DNA from: Catajapyx aquilonaris
Lineage: Eukaryota
Reading direction: 5' to 3'
Length of the DNA: 54,482 nucleotides
NCBI GenBank assembly: GCA_000934665.2
Contig: JYFJ02002575.1
Location: 1-54,482, forward strand
The notes beneath the pieces are model-generated. The model ran no database searches. It saw only the letters and a program-made list of their open reading frames with translations, and was not told the origin of the DNA. How positions within the stretch are numbered: the stretch's first letter is position 1; the number at the start of each line of letters is the position of its first letter. The translations under genes and the position numbers were made by a program. Below, piece by piece: positions 53,501 to 54,482 of this stretch.

Positions 53501-54482
53501 ACTGTACATCGCAGAGCCTCTTCCAATTCACACGGGACAGGTCACATGCACAGCAGAAAATAGTGCAGGAAGGGCAACATGTATGGCTTCACTTTCTGTC
53601 AGAGGTAAAATTTTGTGCCACTTTATCTGCATTGTTTTCCAATGTTTTGTATTGTTGAACAAATTTATAGGATTTCTCACTCTCATTTCTTTACAAGGAA
53701 AGCATATTTACAGTGCGATTTATTCCAGATCCAACTCCAGTAATGTCAGTTATGCCCAGTGTTGACAGCAAGGTACAGGAGAAGTTTGAATCGTTCTCCA
53801 TGCAGAAGACGACCTTTGTCCAGTCCTCAAGTAGCACCACTACCGAGATCGGTGGCCAAGGGGTAGAACCGAAATATGAGAAGCACTCTTTCAGTAGCCA
53901 GGAAGAACACTCTAAGAAGACAGTCAGTGGGCTGCCTGAAGAGGAGGTACGTGGATAAAATGATATGAATTTTCATGTGCAGTAATCGTAATGTTTTTTG
54001 TGTTCAGACATTGTCCCGCCAGTCCAAAGAGGTTCATGAAACAGACGAGCAGCCTGCGTCTGTTCAAGAACGGGCCGCCTTCTTTATGTCTAAAGGTGGG
54101 GTGACCACTGAAGAGAAGATCATTGATCGTACATCCTCCCCACTGCCCATCAAGCAGCGACCCTCGGCTGGCCCTCGGTTCACAACACCTCTTACCGGGA
54201 CCATGATTGAGGAAGGAGGAACCATCATTCTTGAAGGGATGGTTGATGGTAAGTTGTATTGCATGATTTTCTAGGAAAGAGCAATATGTTTTTTCTTCGG
54301 ATAATATTGCTGTCAATCTGGAACTTGCTTCGTTAGGATTAGTATGTGAACTAACACTGACATCGATTTTTTTTTACTATTGTGTAGGTTATCCTGAGCC
54401 AGAAATAACTTGGGCCAAAAATGGACAAGCAGTCCAGAAAAGACCAGGTTTGGAGACGAGCTTTATTCACAACAAGGTTCGC
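29574..54482 (+). CDS. sls: Titin-like / sallimus (zormin-type) muscle protein, 5' part: CCDC141-like spectrin-repeat region followed by I-set Ig domains; continues beyond the window
   Basis: Exons 29574-29759, 41069-41191, 42021-42199, 42258-43125, 44120-44248, 44327-44449, 44684-45040, 45777-45953, 46427-46610, 47290-47420, 47485-47661, 47821-48093, 48183-48374, 48544-48727, 48995-49137, 49397-49549, 50558-50948, 51017-51319, 51404-51567, 51915-52043, 52245-52397, 52460-52640, 52705-52913, 53028-53282, 53421-53604, 53729-53946, 54008-54248, 54388-end join in one frame with GT-AG introns. They encode spectrin-like repeats, six complete I-set Ig domains plus the start of a seventh, and the sallimus/zormin-type linker GRLPTETSDSELASDMEPVKP. 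Confidence 0.9.
30908..30984. repeat. Perfect 77-bp palindrome (38-bp arms, 1-nt centre)
   Basis: AGCTTAATTGAAACATATAGTGTGTAGTGTTCACCACA-T-TGTGGTGAACACTACACACTATATGTTTCAATTAAGCT. The arms are exact reverse complements. Confidence 0.97.
41603..41757 (+). promoter_or_regulatory. Array of seven TATCGAT(A/G) DRE-like motifs followed by a YY1-type motif; candidate internal promoter or insulator
   Basis: TATCGAT starts at 41603, 41625, 41647, 41670, 41692, 41714 and 41739; three are the full TATCGATA. AAGATGGCGGC at 41747-41757. The motifs are directly visible; their function is inferred. Confidence 0.5.
51630..51897 (+). mobile_element. Full-length tRNA-derived SINE with V-type central domain (V-SINE-like)
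   Basis: A box TGGCCGAGTGG (51641), B box GTTCGATCC (51686), and core GTTCTCCCCGTGTTCGCGTGGGTTTTCTCGGGGTTCTCCCGTTTCCTCCCAC (51738-51789) matching the recalled V-SINE conserved domain. It has a 3' stem-loop and an (ATT)-type tail, and is flanked by the 15-bp direct repeat AACTT(C/T)GATTTTTAC at 51615-51629 and 51898-51912. Confidence 0.88.

Overview
Eukaryotic, intron-containing genomic DNA, most likely from an arthropod with compact 50-90 bp introns. It is not prokaryotic, so most ORFs in the track are exon fragments or shadow frames. In order, the window holds: the 3' end of a probable DUF2236/MpaB-like oxygenase gene (+); a ZAD plus 13x C2H2 zinc-finger gene (-); a ~1200 aa ankyrin-rich TRPA/painless-like channel (-); an intronless, frameshifted BC-box/LRR gene (+); a 10-exon M14A zinc carboxypeptidase (-); tRNA-Arg(CCT); and a large same-strand locus from ~18 kb to the window end. 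That locus has a SESTD1-like SEC14/spectrin part followed by a CCDC141-like spectrin region spliced directly into titin/sallimus-type Ig domains, the same order and orientation as human SESTD1-CCDC141-TTN. Notable non-coding items: a complete V-domain SINE with a 15-bp target-site duplication that copied a 3' splice region, a perfect 77-bp palindrome, a 22-bp-phased array of seven TATCGAT(A) DRE motifs, a DR5-bearing intronic minisatellite, and two GC-AG introns. All exon structures were derived by hand from splice signals and frame continuity. Homology calls come from recalled family motifs, not database searches.
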